A DNA stretch of 64,000 nucleotides from Guillardia theta CCMP2712 (GCF_000315625.1 NW_005434646.1:124001-188000), one strand, 5' to 3'. Shown: positions 1 to 13,809, numbered from the stretch's first letter. Made by a program: numbers and translations. The notes: generated from the letters alone by a model not told the origin.

Positions 1-1525
1 AAGAGTACGACGACAGTGCAGGATCTCCGAGGGATATAGGGTCCTTTCTGAACAGAAGCGCAGCGTACATCTTCAAGACCGCCAAGATTCCTGAGGTTGT
101 GAAGGAGAGCTTGAATCAAACGAGACTGTGGAACAACATGACAGAGCTGCACGAGACCGTGAGAACTTTCAAGGCCATCCTCCATCACCTCTCTAAGTCC
201 TCCGTGCCCCCATCAGAGCAAGACCAGTACCTCGCTACCTGCTTCAAGGCTGCTGCGATCCCTGTGCAGGCGAGGCTGAAGGGGCTGCAGGAGAGGCAGG
301 CAGGCAACAAGCCTACCAAGATTCTCCTGAGCTCCCTGAGCTCCTTCAACAAGACGTTTCCCACGACCCCAAGAGAGGCCATGTTGCGACGGAGACTACA
401 GCAGAGCAAAGAGCAGTGCAGTCCGCGGGGCATTGGAAGACGTCTGGAGCTGAAGCCTGTCCTGCTGCCTGCTGAGATTCATCAGAAGATGCTGGTGGAG
501 CAGTTCGAGCTCAGGTTGGCCTACCTGGGGATCGAGAGCTCAAAGATTCAGTTCCCTCAGGAAGACCGCCAAGTCATCAACATCATTGAGGAAGGGGAAG
601 CATTCGCAGAACTCGTCCGCAACACCAAGGAGCTACCGAGAAACCAGTCCGCGTGGGGCAAGGCAGAGCAGAACATCCTATCATACCATCTATGCAAGGC
701 TGCCGCGCTCGGAGACATCGGTACCCTCGAGAAGCTCATCCTCCATGGCGCCAGGGCGTCTTGGGCTTGTCCCCCATGGGGCGACACTCCTTTACATGCC
801 GCCTGCAGGGCAGGGGAGGGCAAGGCTGCGTCCTTCCTCATCGCCCGTGGAGCCAACCCGCACGCACTGACTGAGATGGAGGGGTGGACCCCGCTGCACA
901 TGGCGAGCGCATCAGGGAACAGAGACCTTGTGGAGCTCCTCCTGCGTATTGGATCGCGTGTGACGCTGCAGGGTCCTCCCCCCTTCGACCTTAATGCGTT
1001 CGACTGCGCAATCGTGAATGGCATCGACAGGAGTGACCCTGTGGTCATCCGCCTTCAGAACACGTTAGAAAATGTGCTGGGGAGGAGGGACATTCCGACA
1101 TGGGAGGAGAGGATGTTGCAGGAGAAGAAGCAGAAGGATTTAGAGTTGAAGCAGATGAAGATGGGGATCCAGGTGAGGAGGCCGAGCATATTGACCTGCA
1201 GGATGATCTTCACTGAGCGGGTTGCAGACTCATGCTAGGATCATTCCCAATATGCATGTGCATGTTGACTCAAACCTTCAAGATCGAAAGAGGTTTTCCC
1301 TTAGAACTTCATTCCCTCGCTTTTGCTCACACTCGTTGCAGCTATCTTTATCATAGGCGAACTTTGTTGGACAGCATGCAGACGCAAGAATATGACCGTT
1401 CAGATCGCAGCAATAGGATTAGCGTGCTGCACGGCGAAAAGAGGGAAGAGAATCCTTCGAACTTCACACTAGGGCCTTCAAAGACCCAAGAGATGGAATT
1501 CGACACATCAGACGACCTGCTATGA
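1..1525 (+). CDS. Ankyrin-repeat protein, 5' end outside window
   Basis: Frame open from base 3 through ORF 99..1238; ankyrin motifs GDTPLHAACRAG and GWTPLHMASASGNRDLVELLL; probable introns from 1173 and ~1292, last exon ending TGA 1525. Confidence 0.8.
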
Positions 1526-1682
1526 GGGAGTAAATCATGCTGTTATGCTGGGTGTCTTGTCACAAAGCGACATCTTCTTTTCCTTACGGTACTTGTTGAA
1601 TCTTTACAGAACTTGAACTTTAGATTGGATTGTTTAAAGTGAGAAACTCATGATCGATCGCCTAGTCCCTTGCGTTGTCCTC

Positions 1683-3039
1683 TCAGAGCGTTAACTTGGA
1701 CTTCCTGGACGACGTGCGAGTCCAGGCCTGTGTGGCCCACAGCTTGAGCTTGTTCTGATGTCCTGCCTTCACCACCCCCATGGCCTTGAATCTGCAGTGT
1801 CGTGAGCCGATCGAGACAAACGAGGGGGTAGCAACAACAAATGACAGGATGGGTGAGGGAAGGGAGTGGTTGGGGGAGGAGGGTGTGGCATCGCAAAAAT
1901 GAAACCAGGGAGAGGAAGGAGGAAGGAGATACAAGAGAAGGGCAGACAACAGAGCACTCACTGCTCATTGCTGCAGATGCTCAACGATTCCATATCCATC
2001 TCCTCCTCCTCAAACCTTCTGACAACCTCCTCCCCGAGACCAAGATTCCTGATCCACTGACCGATCTTGTCGATCCCCATGTTGACAACAGGAGTCAGCG
2101 CTGGTCCGACGTCTTCTGCAGAGACAGGTCAAGAGAAGCGCCATGAGCGGAACGAGCACAAGACCTTGAGGGAGAGACTGAGAATGCCCGTCCATGGTGG
2201 CAGGAGGGACAACGGAGGGAATTTCTGGCATTCCTCCTGCATTGCTTCCTCCCTTCATCTTCCTGACTTTGTCCTTGGAGAAGTATGCCCTAGTTTCCAC
2301 GCAGTTGCGAAGCATCGCAATGTCGTACTTGCGGTCGGGGTCGTTGTTGTACTGCCCGTCAGGGTGAGCCTTGATCTGTTCCACAAGGTCCGTGAGGTCT
2401 CGCATGCTCATCTTTCCCGATGTATTCGGATACACAATGGCCAAAGGCTTCTCTGTGCGCCGCCTTCCATCCTTCGGTGGGCGACCAGGTTGTGATGAAG
2501 GATGGAAATGGGCGATGGCGAAAGTAAAAACACTCGTTGAGAAGGCTTCTTCTCCCAACTGAGAGACTGCCAGGTTGCTTCTTGCTGCTGTCGAGCAGGA
2601 CTGCATCATCAGCGTTTCACACTTGCCCTTGAAGATGGCAGCGGCTTGCTGCTCTGAAGTAGCGGGTTCTTCCGAGAACTGATCCCGGTTCAAGGGGGGG
2701 CCTCGCTTCTTCTTCTCGCCCCTCATAGACTCATCAAGCCTGTCTATCTCTGACTGTCGCTTTTGAGGCAATCCACCATCCTCCATGTCTTCGTCCTTCT
2801 CGAGGGACGTGTCATCGATCCCCGACTGGTTCTTCTCACCCTCACGCTCCTGCTCCTGCTGGTGGACCGTTCCCTGAACTCGTCGCTGCAGCTCGTTGAC
2901 CGGACTCCCCTACTTCACCAGCATCATCTGCAGCATCCTGCCTTCCGTTCGCTCCCACTCCCCCTGCTGCTCCTGCCACTGCCGCCGCTCCTTCCCCCCC
3001 CCCTCCTCCTCCTCCTCCTCCTCCCCTCTGGGCCTGCAT
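1683..3039 (-). CDS. Hypothetical protein, multi-exon
   Basis: Core ORF 2010..2786 extends upstream in frame to ~2910; Gly-rich candidate first exon from ATG 3039; no recognisable domain. Confidence 0.45.
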
Positions 3040-3581
3040 GACTTAAATTTTAACTCTTCGAGCTCTCCGCGTTTCTGGCCACCCCCACCCCCTCCTGTTA
3101 GACCACCCCATCTCTTACCACAAATTGCTTTAAAAGGAACCCCGTCCGTTGAACAATTCGGAGGCACCCGGTCACCCAGTCACCGTGGCCGGACTCAGTG
3201 ACTCCCGAGCCTCCGGTGCCGGGCCTCTCTCATAGACGGTACTGAGCCTCGGAGCACTCAGCCGGGCTCAGTTGGGCTTGAGCTATCGTGTGACTATCCT
3301 GATTGTCCTCGTACTGATCTTTACTCTGTGACTAGTCACTGAGTGGAGGAGGCCCGGAAGAAACATCATTTATCGAGTCACTGAGTCAAGTTCATAAGTC
3401 CTCCGCTGCGAGGCGAAGCCTCTGCAGCTCCTCCCCATCCTTCCCTGCCCTCTTCCGCTTCCTGTGATCACCGTCAGCACTGGCGTGACGCGCGCAGGAC
3501 ATAGAATGCATTGCCTTCGCAGCCTCCACTGCTGGCATTTGATTGTGACCCACATAACAAACGACGCACTGAATATTCCTC

Positions 3582-5397
3582 CTACGAGCGAGCCAGCAAC
3601 GAATCTGAGATATTGTGAGCGACTAGTCTTTCTCCCTCCTCCTTGACATGACTTACGGGTCGTTGAATATGTCGATTGTAGGAAAATCCCCCCAGAGGAA
3701 GCTCAGTCCGATCTAGAGCATGGATGTCAGCCTCGCCGCCTCCTCCTATTCCACTCAAAGAGCACAGGACCTCCTCGTCCTGAAGCCACTGCACAAGTTC
3801 TGCGAGCACGCAAGGTCAGCAATCTTCAGCGAGAGCTCAAAGTTTTACCCTGCATGTTGCACTGTCTCGACTTATCCTTGGCGTAGCAAAGCATCGGGTT
3901 ATCAGCGCTCCAGCGAGCAGAAGACAAGGACAAGACACTATCACTCAGTTAGCAGCGAAATCTCGCAGGTTGTCTGTGTTACCTGAGAGACATCTTGCTG
4001 CTCATCTGTACAGTCAAAAGTCAGATCACGCGACTTTACATCAAGTGAGAGGACCGTCTGAGGAAACCATGAAGAGTTGAGGTAGTTCCACTCCTCGTTC
4101 TCCTCGGACTCTGCGAGTGACAGGGCCCATTCTTCAACAACAGTGCTTCTCAGAAAGAAGAAAACTTCGGTCCCAACTTCTCTCAGACTCCAGGAGCCCT
4201 CCTCCTTCAAGCTGTTGAAATCCAACCTTTCATCCCCCTCCATCGCACGCCATGATGCTTCAGTCGATCTGCGACCTTCCTTCGGTGTTTTGGGAGCTTT
4301 GTGTGAAGTTTTACGAGCCAGACTCCCAGTAAGATTGTACTGAGTCGAATTCTGAAAGACCTGCCAGAAAAAGCCTCAGAAAACTTCAAATTTGATCACA
4401 CAGAATAACAAATTCAAAGCAAAGAGGTCACCTCGCAAGACGAGTGCTGGAGGTTGCAAAATCCCGCAAACTCGATCTGCCAATTTGCCTGCTGCATCCT
4501 AATATTGATCAGCTCGAGAGCGTACTTGACAGCTCCTACAAAGGAAACGAGGACTTCTTCCTTGCTGAATGTGTTCATATTTACATTGATGAGCTGGATC
4601 GCACAACTGACAAAGGCCCCTGATACATCGATGGCTACAGGAGCAAGTGACGCATTCGTCCAGTTTCCTGAAGTTATGTTACTCGTTAAGTTGTAGACGG
4701 TCTTGTTGGCCATGGAGATGTTATGAGATGGAGGAAGGGTGTTGTTCACTCCCATAGAGGCGTTTTCCCAATGTTGCCCGTGCTCATTCGAAGCAGGAAG
4801 GGTTTCATTCCTCGAGGAGCATTTCAATTCGCTGGTGAGATTTTCATATGATGGCACAGCAACAAACACATGCAGAGAGTCGTTCTCCTGCATACATGTC
4901 TGCAAAGAAAGAGTGTAATACGAACCCGAGCTCTGAGCAGCCTGGTGTTCCACTGCCACAAGGCACGTCTGCTCCTTGTCCCTCATGTGTAAATTGCCGA
5001 CTGAGTCAACACAGAACGTCTGTGCTTCACTTGCATTGCACGGAGCAAGCTCCAAAGTAGCGTCTGATGTGTTTACCACCCGAAGACAGTCCGGCCCCTG
5101 AGATCCCAGCATTACCATACTGTTCTTGAACGTGACATGCTCTTGTGCGACCGACTGGTTGCCACACTGCAACAAGTGTACGCCAGCATAGCTTGCAGTC
5201 CAGTTGCTCGCGGTCTGGTCGATGCAGAGAAAGCTGCTGTCAGCCTTCAACCCAATATTGAAAGAATCCTGTGATGACTCTTTCGTCGCGTTCCCTACAC
5301 CCGAGTCATCCCTCCTCGCGCTGAAGGAAGCAGAGCATGTGAAGATGTTTGCTATCCCAAGCGCAGCGAACAAGAGAGATTGGCTACGAGTCTTCAT
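3582..5397 (-). CDS. Secreted glycoprotein with ricin-B (beta-trefoil) lectin-like domain
   Basis: Signal peptide MKTRSQSLLFAALGIANIFTCSA; three C..(L/V)..C subrepeats (LCIDQ..LLQC, DCLRV..LAPC, TCLVA..LQTC); many N-x-S/T sites; further exons at ~3984-4343 and ~3582-3810. Confidence 0.6.
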
Positions 5398-6384
5398 GTC
5401 CTTACAGCAGACTAGAAACACTCCCTATGAGCTCACGAACGATGCACCCACATGCGACAGGAACGCGGGAGGATCAAGCTCCACTTCCCCTTCTCACCAG
5501 TCAATCTGCATCAGGCTCACCCCACCAAACTTCACAGATGAACTCTCCAACGCTTTCAAGTCACTTGTGTGACATCTGCATGGCGTCCGAACTCGCTGCT
5601 CAGTACGGAGAGGATCTGGAGATCGCGTCAGCTAAGAAAGTGATCTTCTCCAACAATAGGAGAACAAGACAAGAACGAGCGGATGCAATTGGTTCCTAAG
5701 GGCACAAATAAAAGGATTCAACACAGTGATGTATCCTACCCTCCACCGAAAGCTTCTTTCTCTACCCTCCTGTTGTTTAGTCTACTCATAAACCCATTCT
5801 CATTCTGAATCTGCAGCAGCATTCCATACCAGCACAGCTTCCTGAATCTCTTGGAAAGCCTCATAACATTGTTGCGCTCTTCTATGCATGGTTTCACTCC
5901 CTCGCTCTTCTGCTCTCTGCTCGTCATCCTCCCCTCCCATCACCAGCTCCCTGTGCCATCGGAAAGCAGCATCGGGGGAGAAGGAAATCCAGGAAGGGGT
6001 GGGTACTAGAATAGGTGCGTGAGCGGTTCAATGATGGGGTAGGGGGTCCTTCTCTATACCTCCATCGCCTTCTACCGAACCGGGGGAAATTGTCAATCTA
6101 TTTAGCTAAACACATAAAAGAAAGTGATGAGCTAAAAGAATTATTAACGGGACTGATGGGGGAGTTGGTCCCCGATTGTTGCCTTGGCCATGGCAGCAGC
6201 AGCAGGGTTAGCGGGAGTTGTGGCGATGGTGGTAGGCGGATACTTGAGATCTCATGCCGAGAAGAAGAAGAAACAAACGATGATGATCATGCACACTCCC
6301 CGCTCAAACGTGAGGCCAACACCTCGAGTACAAGTTCCTTGCTGAACTAGAACTCTTTCACAGGTGCGAGATGTGTGGGTGAAA

Positions 6385-7948
6385 ATGGAGCAGCTTGAGA
6401 TGGAGGAGGAGCATGTGAGAGGGAGGAAGAGACACGATTTGATGAAACCTATGGAGTACGTCAAAGTGGTGAGGAGGCGGAGAGATTCATGGCATGAGTC
6501 CCCCTCACACAACCTGCTCGCAGGTTGGGGAAACTTGGGCGAGACCCAACGAGGCTGTGCCAGACAGATTTGGGAAGATGCATGTGAAGAGCCGTGGATG
6601 AAGAAAATCCAACACTCACAGGGAATTATCCAGGTAGCAATCTTGGATGAAATCGTTGAAGTCTGTCAAAAAGTTAGATGTGAAGGTAAATCCGAGAGAA
6701 TATCGTAGGAACGACTGAGCTCGCTACCAGGGAAGAATGTTTACTCTGTTGACAACATGAACTGTGGGAAATGCTCCTGGTATCAAGATGAGACGGTGTG
6801 GAAACACACAGCCCCAAGGGATCTTGTTTCACCTAGGACTCTCGTAGGTCTTGTCCAAGAAAAGGCGAGGCGGAGACTTGTACTTGCGTGATCCAAGTAT
6901 GGCAGCGCAGAACTCAAGGAGAGAGTTGCAGGCCCTCGAACATGACATTGTGATGTTATCCTTCTTACATATCAGAGTGCTCACTGCATCCCAGGTGGAG
7001 CGATCAACTATCCAGCTACAAGGAAAGGTCGAAGCATGTAGGGAGATTTTGAAGGCTTTGAATCGCAAGGTAAGGAACACTGCCTTAGCGGTGAGGAGTA
7101 ACCAGACATGAAGTCTCAGAAGTCTGTCAGTGAACTTTGCGAGAAGTGGGAGGTGATGTTTGTTACTGTGATGTCTCTTGTTCATGATCCTCTGAACAGG
7201 CGACCTTGAGACATAAATATGGTGGACTAATTTTTGTATTTTTTGTGTTAGCTTCAAATTTCCTTGTATTTCTTGTGTTTGCTCACCATGACGCTCCTTG
7301 TAGACGCACTTCAACGGAATCCTGACGATATCAACTGCATCAAGATAGAAGAGTCCGTCTCTCTGAATCATCTCTTCGTTGACAACTCCTCCAAGTGGAG
7401 GTACAGTCATCGTTGGCTGTTGCAGTCCTCATACCCAACTAGGCCGTCCAATAGCGAAAGCAGCTACAGGAACGCTTACTTGCCCAATGAGACGATGCCT
7501 CCCCCGGTGCTGGGCGAGCTCTGGCTCTGCTTGACTCGCTTCCCATCTGAATCTCCTGCAGATCATAGTCGGAACCAGGGAGGAGGAAAAGGTAATTCCC
7601 ATGGGCAGACCTTTGTTCTTTTGCGGATATGTCGGTACTGAACCAACTCCCCTCGGACGACGACTGGTAGATCGGCAGTACTTCCTCCTCCTGCACCTGT
7701 GACACTCGGCAGGTGTTCAAGGCCATGCGCGATGATTCAAAGCCTGCCATCTGCGAATATGGCACGGAGGAGGAGGTGAGGAGGGTATGAGGGAGAGGTG
7801 AAGAAATAACAGCCAGCAGGTGCTGGACAAGATGCGGGCAGAGTCAGCTAAGTCGCTCCGACTAGGGAACATGTTGTGGTGGACGGGTTGTAGCTTCGCC
7901 GCTATGTCTGTCTACATGTACTTCAAGGGAAGGCGAGATAGGCGCTGA
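6385..7948 (+). CDS. Multi-exon hypothetical protein(s) with C-terminal transmembrane helix
   Basis: Exon fragments in ORFs 6364, 6851 and 7264; terminal exon LGNMLWWTGCSFAAMSVYMYFKGRRDRR* ending TGA 7948; may be more than one gene. Confidence 0.35.
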
Positions 7949-8061
7949 AGTCGGTGAAATTCAACTGGGGAGAGAATGAAGGTCCTTACGCACTCCTCCA
8001 CACTCGAATCATCCTCACAGGCCTTTCGTCTGTGTAGTTTACTCTCCTTTAAGAGCCGTCC

Positions 8062-10119
8062 TCACATCTCTCCTGCAACGTCTCCCTGCCTCTCTGCTGC
8101 CTCTCCTGCCCAGCCCCAATCCACCGCATGACCGTCCACTAGGCCTTCCTGGTAGCGCGGCTTCTCCTGGCCATCGCCCGTGAAGGCATTAACACCCACC
8201 ACAGGTGGAAGGTGCTCAGCTTCCGTGAAGATCGGTCGACGCCTTTCACGTTGCACTGGGGAGACAACCTGTGGTGACCTGCTCCTGCCCCGGCCCTCCC
8301 GCCATGATCTCTCAGGCGTCTTCTGCCGCTGCGGCGGGGAGCGGTCCCGTCGTCCTCTGTCCAGCTCTGGCTCCCTTCTCTTGAGCTCTGGGGAGATTCT
8401 TCCAGAGCGACCGACTGATCCAGCTCTTCCTCTCCACCTCCCGTCAGATTCTCTCCTATCGTCTCGACCGCGCGTGGCGTTGGGCTCGTCTCTCCTTGGG
8501 GGGGAGCGACGGCGGGGAGGAGAGCGATTCCCGGGCATCTGACGGCCTTCAGAGCGACGATCGCCTCGTCCCATCTGGTGAAAAGTTTGAGCAGGTTCCC
8601 TGAACCTGGGAGGTGACGCCCTCGATCGATCCATCTGCGGTGGAGGACGGCGTTGGAAGGACCGGTCTCGATCCTCCCTCCCTTGGAAGGACCGGTCTCG
8701 CTCGTTCCTCCTCTGGGGGGACCGGTCTCTCTGTACCCTTCCCTGGGGGGACCGGTCTCGCTCGTTCCTCCTCTGGGGGGACCGGTCTCTCTGTACCCTT
8801 CCCTGGGGGGACCGGTCTCGCTCGTTCCTCCTCTGGGGGGACCGGTCTCTCTGTACCCTTCCCTGGGGGGACCGGTCTCGCTCGTTCCTCCTCTGGGGGG
8901 ACCGGTCTCTCTGTACCCTTCCCTGGGGGGACCGGTCTCGCTCGTTCCTCCTCTGGGGGGACCGGTCTGGCTCGATCCTCCTCTGTTCGCCGAAGCGATC
9001 CCTACTTCTGTCTGGATTCACTTCTCCTCGTCCGAACTCTGGCCGTCGATCACCTCTTGCATCAAAGTTTGAACGTTTCCCTTCTCCACCGTCATGGCCG
9101 ACCTTCGCCCCTGGTCTGCTTTGGGCGTGGTCTCGAAAGGGAGCACGATCCGGCGAACTTCGTCTGCGTCTTGGAGATCTTTCGGCATCCTCCCAGCGCT
9201 TATCCTTCCCATGATCATCTCTGCCTCTCATCGAGTTTCTTGCCATCTCCCCACTCGCCACTGGGTTCTGATCATCCGGAGGTGTCCTAGGCTGGAACAA
9301 TCGTTCACCTCCTCCCAGCGGTGCACCGTCCCTCGGCAAGCTGGGGGAGTCGCGAGCTTTCCATGCTGGAGTTGTGAGTGCCCGACCCCGACCAGCCCCA
9401 GGAGAAGAGACGAGCGCTGGTTGCATGGGACGAAAGCGATCGCCATGTCTGCGATCGGGTGTGGAAGACGTGTTCACTTCAAACCTCCTCCTTTTGGAGA
9501 AATCTCTGTTGTCAGGCTCTGGCGATACAGCAGGTGAGTTTCTCCCTCGCTTTCCAGGTCTTCTGCCGTCCGATGAGCCGTGAGCAACATCAGCTACAGG
9601 AGATCTGTCAACAGGTGTAAGTGAGCAGCCGCAAGGATTTGATATCGCGCACCGATCTCTCCTAACGGAAGCCTGATAATCAGCCGAAAGTTCTGTGTTG
9701 CGGGCATCTGATTCAGGTATCTGATCTCTGGCAGTCTCAAACGACTTGTCTCCTCGTGCGTCTCCTTCTGCTGCTTCATCTTGAAACGCCGAGGTCGGCA
9801 GGTTCGAATCATCCCTGCGGACATAGCGTTTGTTGTCTACACTGTGGATCCTCAAGTTGTCCGTCCTTTGGACGCTCTGATCGGTTTGTTTCGATTCAAG
9901 CTTCTGACCATCCCGCTTTCGCTGCAGCACCTCCCTCAGGTCATACCCTATGTCCACTGACACATCAACATCGCCATTCTCTTCTTGGGTTTCTGGGCCT
10001 TCAGAGGACAGCTCCTTGTCACCATTTTCTAGCGATTCTTCCTCTTTGCTCTTGGGGTTGTCAGGAAGATTCGCTCGAGCTTCTCTGCGCTTCTTGAGGC
10101 TTTCACGCAAGTCAATCAT
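8062..10119 (-). CDS. Arg/Asp/Ser-rich (RS/RD-like) low-complexity protein
   Basis: 726-aa ORF with RDRSP and RRRSPPRR motifs; likely start MIDLRES. Confidence 0.65.
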   Translation of the reverse strand: MIDLRESLKKRREARANLPDNPKSKEEESLENGDKELSSEGPETQEENGDVDVSVDIGYDLREVLQRKRDGQKLESKQTDQSVQRTDNLRIHSVDNKRYVRRDDSNLPTSAFQDEAAEGDARGDKSFETARDQIPESDARNTELSADYQASVRRDRCAISNPCGCSLTPVDRSPVADVAHGSSDGRRPGKRGRNSPAVSPEPDNRDFSKRRRFEVNTSSTPDRRHGDRFRPMQPALVSSPGAGRGRALTTPAWKARDSPSLPRDGAPLGGGERLFQPRTPPDDQNPVASGEMARNSMRGRDDHGKDKRWEDAERSPRRRRSSPDRAPFRDHAQSRPGAKVGHDGGEGKRSNFDARGDRRPEFGRGEVNPDRSRDRFGEQRRIEPDRSPQRRNERDRSPQGRVQRDRSPQRRNERDRSPQGRVQRDRSPQRRNERDRSPQGRVQRDRSPQRRNERDRSPQGRVQRDRSPQRRNERDRSFQGREDRDRSFQRRPPPQMDRSRASPPRFREPAQTFHQMGRGDRRSEGRQMPGNRSPPRRRSPPRRDEPNATRGRDDRRESDGRWRGRAGSVGRSGRISPELKRREPELDRGRRDRSPPQRQKTPERSWREGRGRSRSPQVVSPVQRERRRPIFTEAEHLPPVVGVNAFTGDGQEKPRYQEGLVDGHAVDWGWAGEAAERQGDVAGEM
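8658..8975 (-). repeat. Coding tandem repeat with 60-nt period (two 30-nt subunits) encoding RDRSPQRRNE-RDRSPQGRVQ
   Basis: Sequence lines 8701, 8761, 8821 and 8881 are identical. Confidence 0.95.
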
Positions 10120-10699
10120 CTCGCCGGTCGCACTAGAGCCTCTCAGATCCTGCGCATCCGCCTGCCTGCACCGCAAGTGATCAGAGGGAGCCGAACTAGC
10201 GGGATGCAGTCTAGGCTTCAAAAGAACCAGCACATACGACACAACTCATAGGAGTGCTATGTGGACTACTATAGGATCTACTGTAAGATCACTCCACTCC
10301 TTCAAAACTCAGGCAGTGTATTGTGGAGAGTATGAGTGCAAAGGAAAAGTAGAGGGTAAGAAAGAGCCAAGATACAGTTGTTAAGAGACTTCAGGACAAC
10401 GGGGCTGAAGGCAAGATCCACTGAGTGTGGACAAGACAGGAGAGGAAGGAGCGAGACAGGAGAGTCAAGAGGGTTCGGAGCTAAATAGAGTGAGCATGAG
10501 CAAGACGAGGATAGAGGCATAGCAGCCACAGTGGAGTTCTGTAAGAGCAGCGATCATACACGAGTGCGCTCGTGGGGATGAGGGGGTGGGGTAGAAACAA
10601 GAGAAAGAAAGGGGTGGTCTTTGAGTCTACGAGGCTACAGGACAGTAAAAACGAATTCGTGAAGATTATGGTAATATGAATGCTGTCCTTGAATATTTA

Positions 10700-13242
10700 T
10701 CTGAGGTGAGCTGTTTTGGAGTCTTCATTCAAATCAGAGCAGGTTCTTCAGAGCTTGCATGTCTAGTAGGTCTGGTGGCTTGTGCCGGTGAGGCTGGTCC
10801 AGCCTGCCTTGGAAGAGGTCGTGAACGCCAGAAACGAAGTCGTCCTGCCGACCGGCGGGTCCATGCCTGAGCTGAAGCTTCTTCCTGCTCACGTTGCGAG
10901 GTCACGTCATCAACATGCCTCAGGGAAGCTGCACCTGAATCGGATGAGGCGCTTCGCCAGCCCTCGCCTCAGCGTCAGTGTGTTCTTCCTCATCGCACGC
11001 TCCTGAGCGACCATAAGGTCGCAGAGATCTCGCACAGCCTCCGCCTGCGTCTGGTTCATAGAGGAGAAGAGCTGCTCTTCTCGATCCTTGATAAGGTCGG
11101 CCACGCCTTCATCTCGAGCGAAGTAGTTCCTCCCTTGAGCAAGGACGTCCTCCGTGCTCTTCAGGATAGACTCCCACGCCTCCCTGACCTCTGACGTGAG
11201 CCCCGCATGCATGCGAGTCAAAGTCGAAGTCACTCACGGGTTCCGATAGATGGAGCTGGGGTCGTTGCTGTCAAGCTCGGGATTCCCATACTTCCAAGCA
11301 TCCTGTGCTCTGTCAGACACCAGAAGCAACCGGGGCCTCGTCATCACATCGTTGGGAGCTGTCACGTTCTCTACATCGTCACGGGACATCCTGTAAACTC
11401 GAATGACAAGAGAACGACAAGGTGATGGGGAACGAGGGGGGAGGGAGAGGGCGGAAGGCGGCGCTACCTGTGGAAGAGCTCGGGAGGAAAGTGAGGGTGT
11501 CTTTCTTTGCATCGAATGGCTGAGTACGGTATCCCTCTGAAAACACACTTCTCTCCCATGACCGACTGACAAAGTGTGAGCCTGTATGGCGATCGTGCGG
11601 GGTAGGAGATCACCTCCAGGAAGTTGTACACTTCCCTTCTCCTATACTTCTCTGCGATGTCGATGGGTTTCATACCTGCTGTCTGTCAATGCTCAGTTCG
11701 ATTTTCTCGACTGATTTGCCTCTGAAGTTTTTCCGCCACAGGTCAGCTCCGAGCCAGACAAGGATCTTTGCTGTCCTCAAATCTCCCTTATAGCAGCAGA
11801 GGTGCAACGGTGTATCCTTTCTGCGCTCAAGATTATCAGGTTGGACCGGTGAAGCCGCGCTGATTATGTTGGACCTGTAGTCTTGTGCGTTCACATTCGA
11901 TCCCAAGTTCACTAGTCTCTCAGTCGTGTCCGCATGGCCCTTAGAAACGATGAAGGACTACACAATTGGCAATTTCACTTACATAGAAGCTTGACACATG
12001 CACTGCAAGGCGCTTGTAATCGTCCTTAGCGTACAAGTTTCCGTCTGTTAGCTCGAAGAAGTCGGAGCAGACGTCGGTAAAACCATATCTTGGCACCAAT
12101 TACGAACTTCTGACGACGTAAATGAAATGGAAGAAAAAACCTTGCAGCAACATGCAGGGCGTTTCCGTTGGATTGGTCTCTAGCTTCAAGGTTGGCTCCC
12201 ATCTGGCAAATTTGATCACATATCACAACAGCACGTCTATCTGCCTTACTTCAGCCAGCATGCGAAGAGTTCGGCCGTGTCCCCCGAAAGCAGCCCACAA
12301 CACCTTGTCATGCGAGTAATTGTCATGAATCCATCACAAATCAAGAACTTCCTACCGCTGTGTATCCAAGAGGGTTCGTGTAGTCTACCGCGTTCAAGTA
12401 GGCACCGGCTTCTATACACGTTCTGAGGTCGGTCCAGTGGAAAGCACCCAGTCAAAAGAAACTTGATTGACAGATTCTTCTCACCTTGCAAGGTTGGTCT
12501 GCCCATTCTCACAGCATTTCCACAACTTCTTCGTGATGTCCCACAACTTGTCGACAAGGCTCACGGCATATTTGAGCATAATAATCAACTCACCGAGACC
12601 AACTCGTCACTTTCACTCCGCAAGGGGAGAAAATATGAGAACGTCGAGCTAGCATGTGAGTGACTTTTCTATCCAACAAGCGCGCTCCAACTCAACTCAC
12701 CGATCATAGACATAATACATGGGCGAGTTGAAATGAGCCTGGAGTGAAGTCACACAAGTCAAGCTTAACAGATCCTGTCGCACGGTCTTCCGTGTCATGT
12801 TCTTCCTTCCATGCGGGATGTAGGGATCCTGGGAGAGAGTCAGACGTGTATGAAGAAGCTCAACGACGACCTCTTCAGCAAGGATCAAAGGTTGCAGAGA
12901 TTTGAGCATGTTCGCCCAAGACTTGTTCTGAGCATACTTGATGCACCCTACAGTCTTCCACCAGGTTTCATTTGCTTCCTTCATAGACTGGAAATAGTCC
13001 AGACGAAAATCAAGGAATTCTGGCTCGAGCGAAGCTTCCTTTAGCGCCTTCTGGTCTGGATCAAGAATCCAGCGGGGAGGAGCCACGGGGATATGGAGAA
13101 AGTAATCCTTCCCTTCGAAATATCGTGTCTTCCTTCCATCGAGGTAGTCGTATACACTCGGTAGAGGAGTTTGCTTGAGGGGGGATGTAAGAGCTACAGC
13201 TCCAAGTTGAAGCAAGAGCAAGAGATGCCGTCGAATGATCAT
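10700..13242 (-). CDS. Signal-peptide-bearing ankyrin-repeat protein, multi-exon
   Basis: N-terminus MIIRRHLLLLLQLGAVALTS; ankyrin exons GANLEARDQSNGNALHVAAR, DTPLHLCCYKGDLRTAKILV and KPIDIAEK; 3' end approximate. Confidence 0.7.
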
Positions 13243-13809
13243 GACAGGTAGAAATAATCACCGCAATCCGTGCTTCATCCTTTGGTTTTCAACACAAGAG
13301 ACACATGGCTGAGAAATGCTAGAGCAACCTCCCTTGCTCCCGATGTACACCAGTTCTCATCTGCACCCTCCTCTCTGACTCTCTATTACATCCCGCTCTC
13401 TTGTCTTTCCATTATCTTCTCTTCATGTAACCACTTTTCTCTTCCTCTTCTCTCCTCTCCTCTTCCTCTTCTCTCCTCTCCTCTCCTCTCCCCTTTCATG
13501 AAACTGTGTTTTCCAATCCGACCGCTTGCATGTTTCGGTACCCCCACCCACTCACACTCAGTAGAAGTAACCCCTACCCAGCCCGCAAGCATTTCCATGC
13601 TCTGCTCATGAGTCGCATAGACAAACGAGGAGGAAGGAGGGACGAAGGAGGGGAGGAGAATGGTTCTAGGAAGCAGGAAGACAGAAAGAGAGGATGAAGC
13701 AGGGGGGGGAGAAGGCGAGGCGAGGAGAAAAGTAGCGGAGCTAGGAAGCGCCGAAAAGAAGAAGAGGTGAATGATGTTCATTGACCTTTACCCTACCGCA
13801 CCAGGTTGA

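Noticed and set aside
2896-2915. Apparent TAG readthrough or alternative genetic code between in-frame ORFs
   Set aside because: The TAG can serve as a splice acceptor, and other genes use standard stop codons
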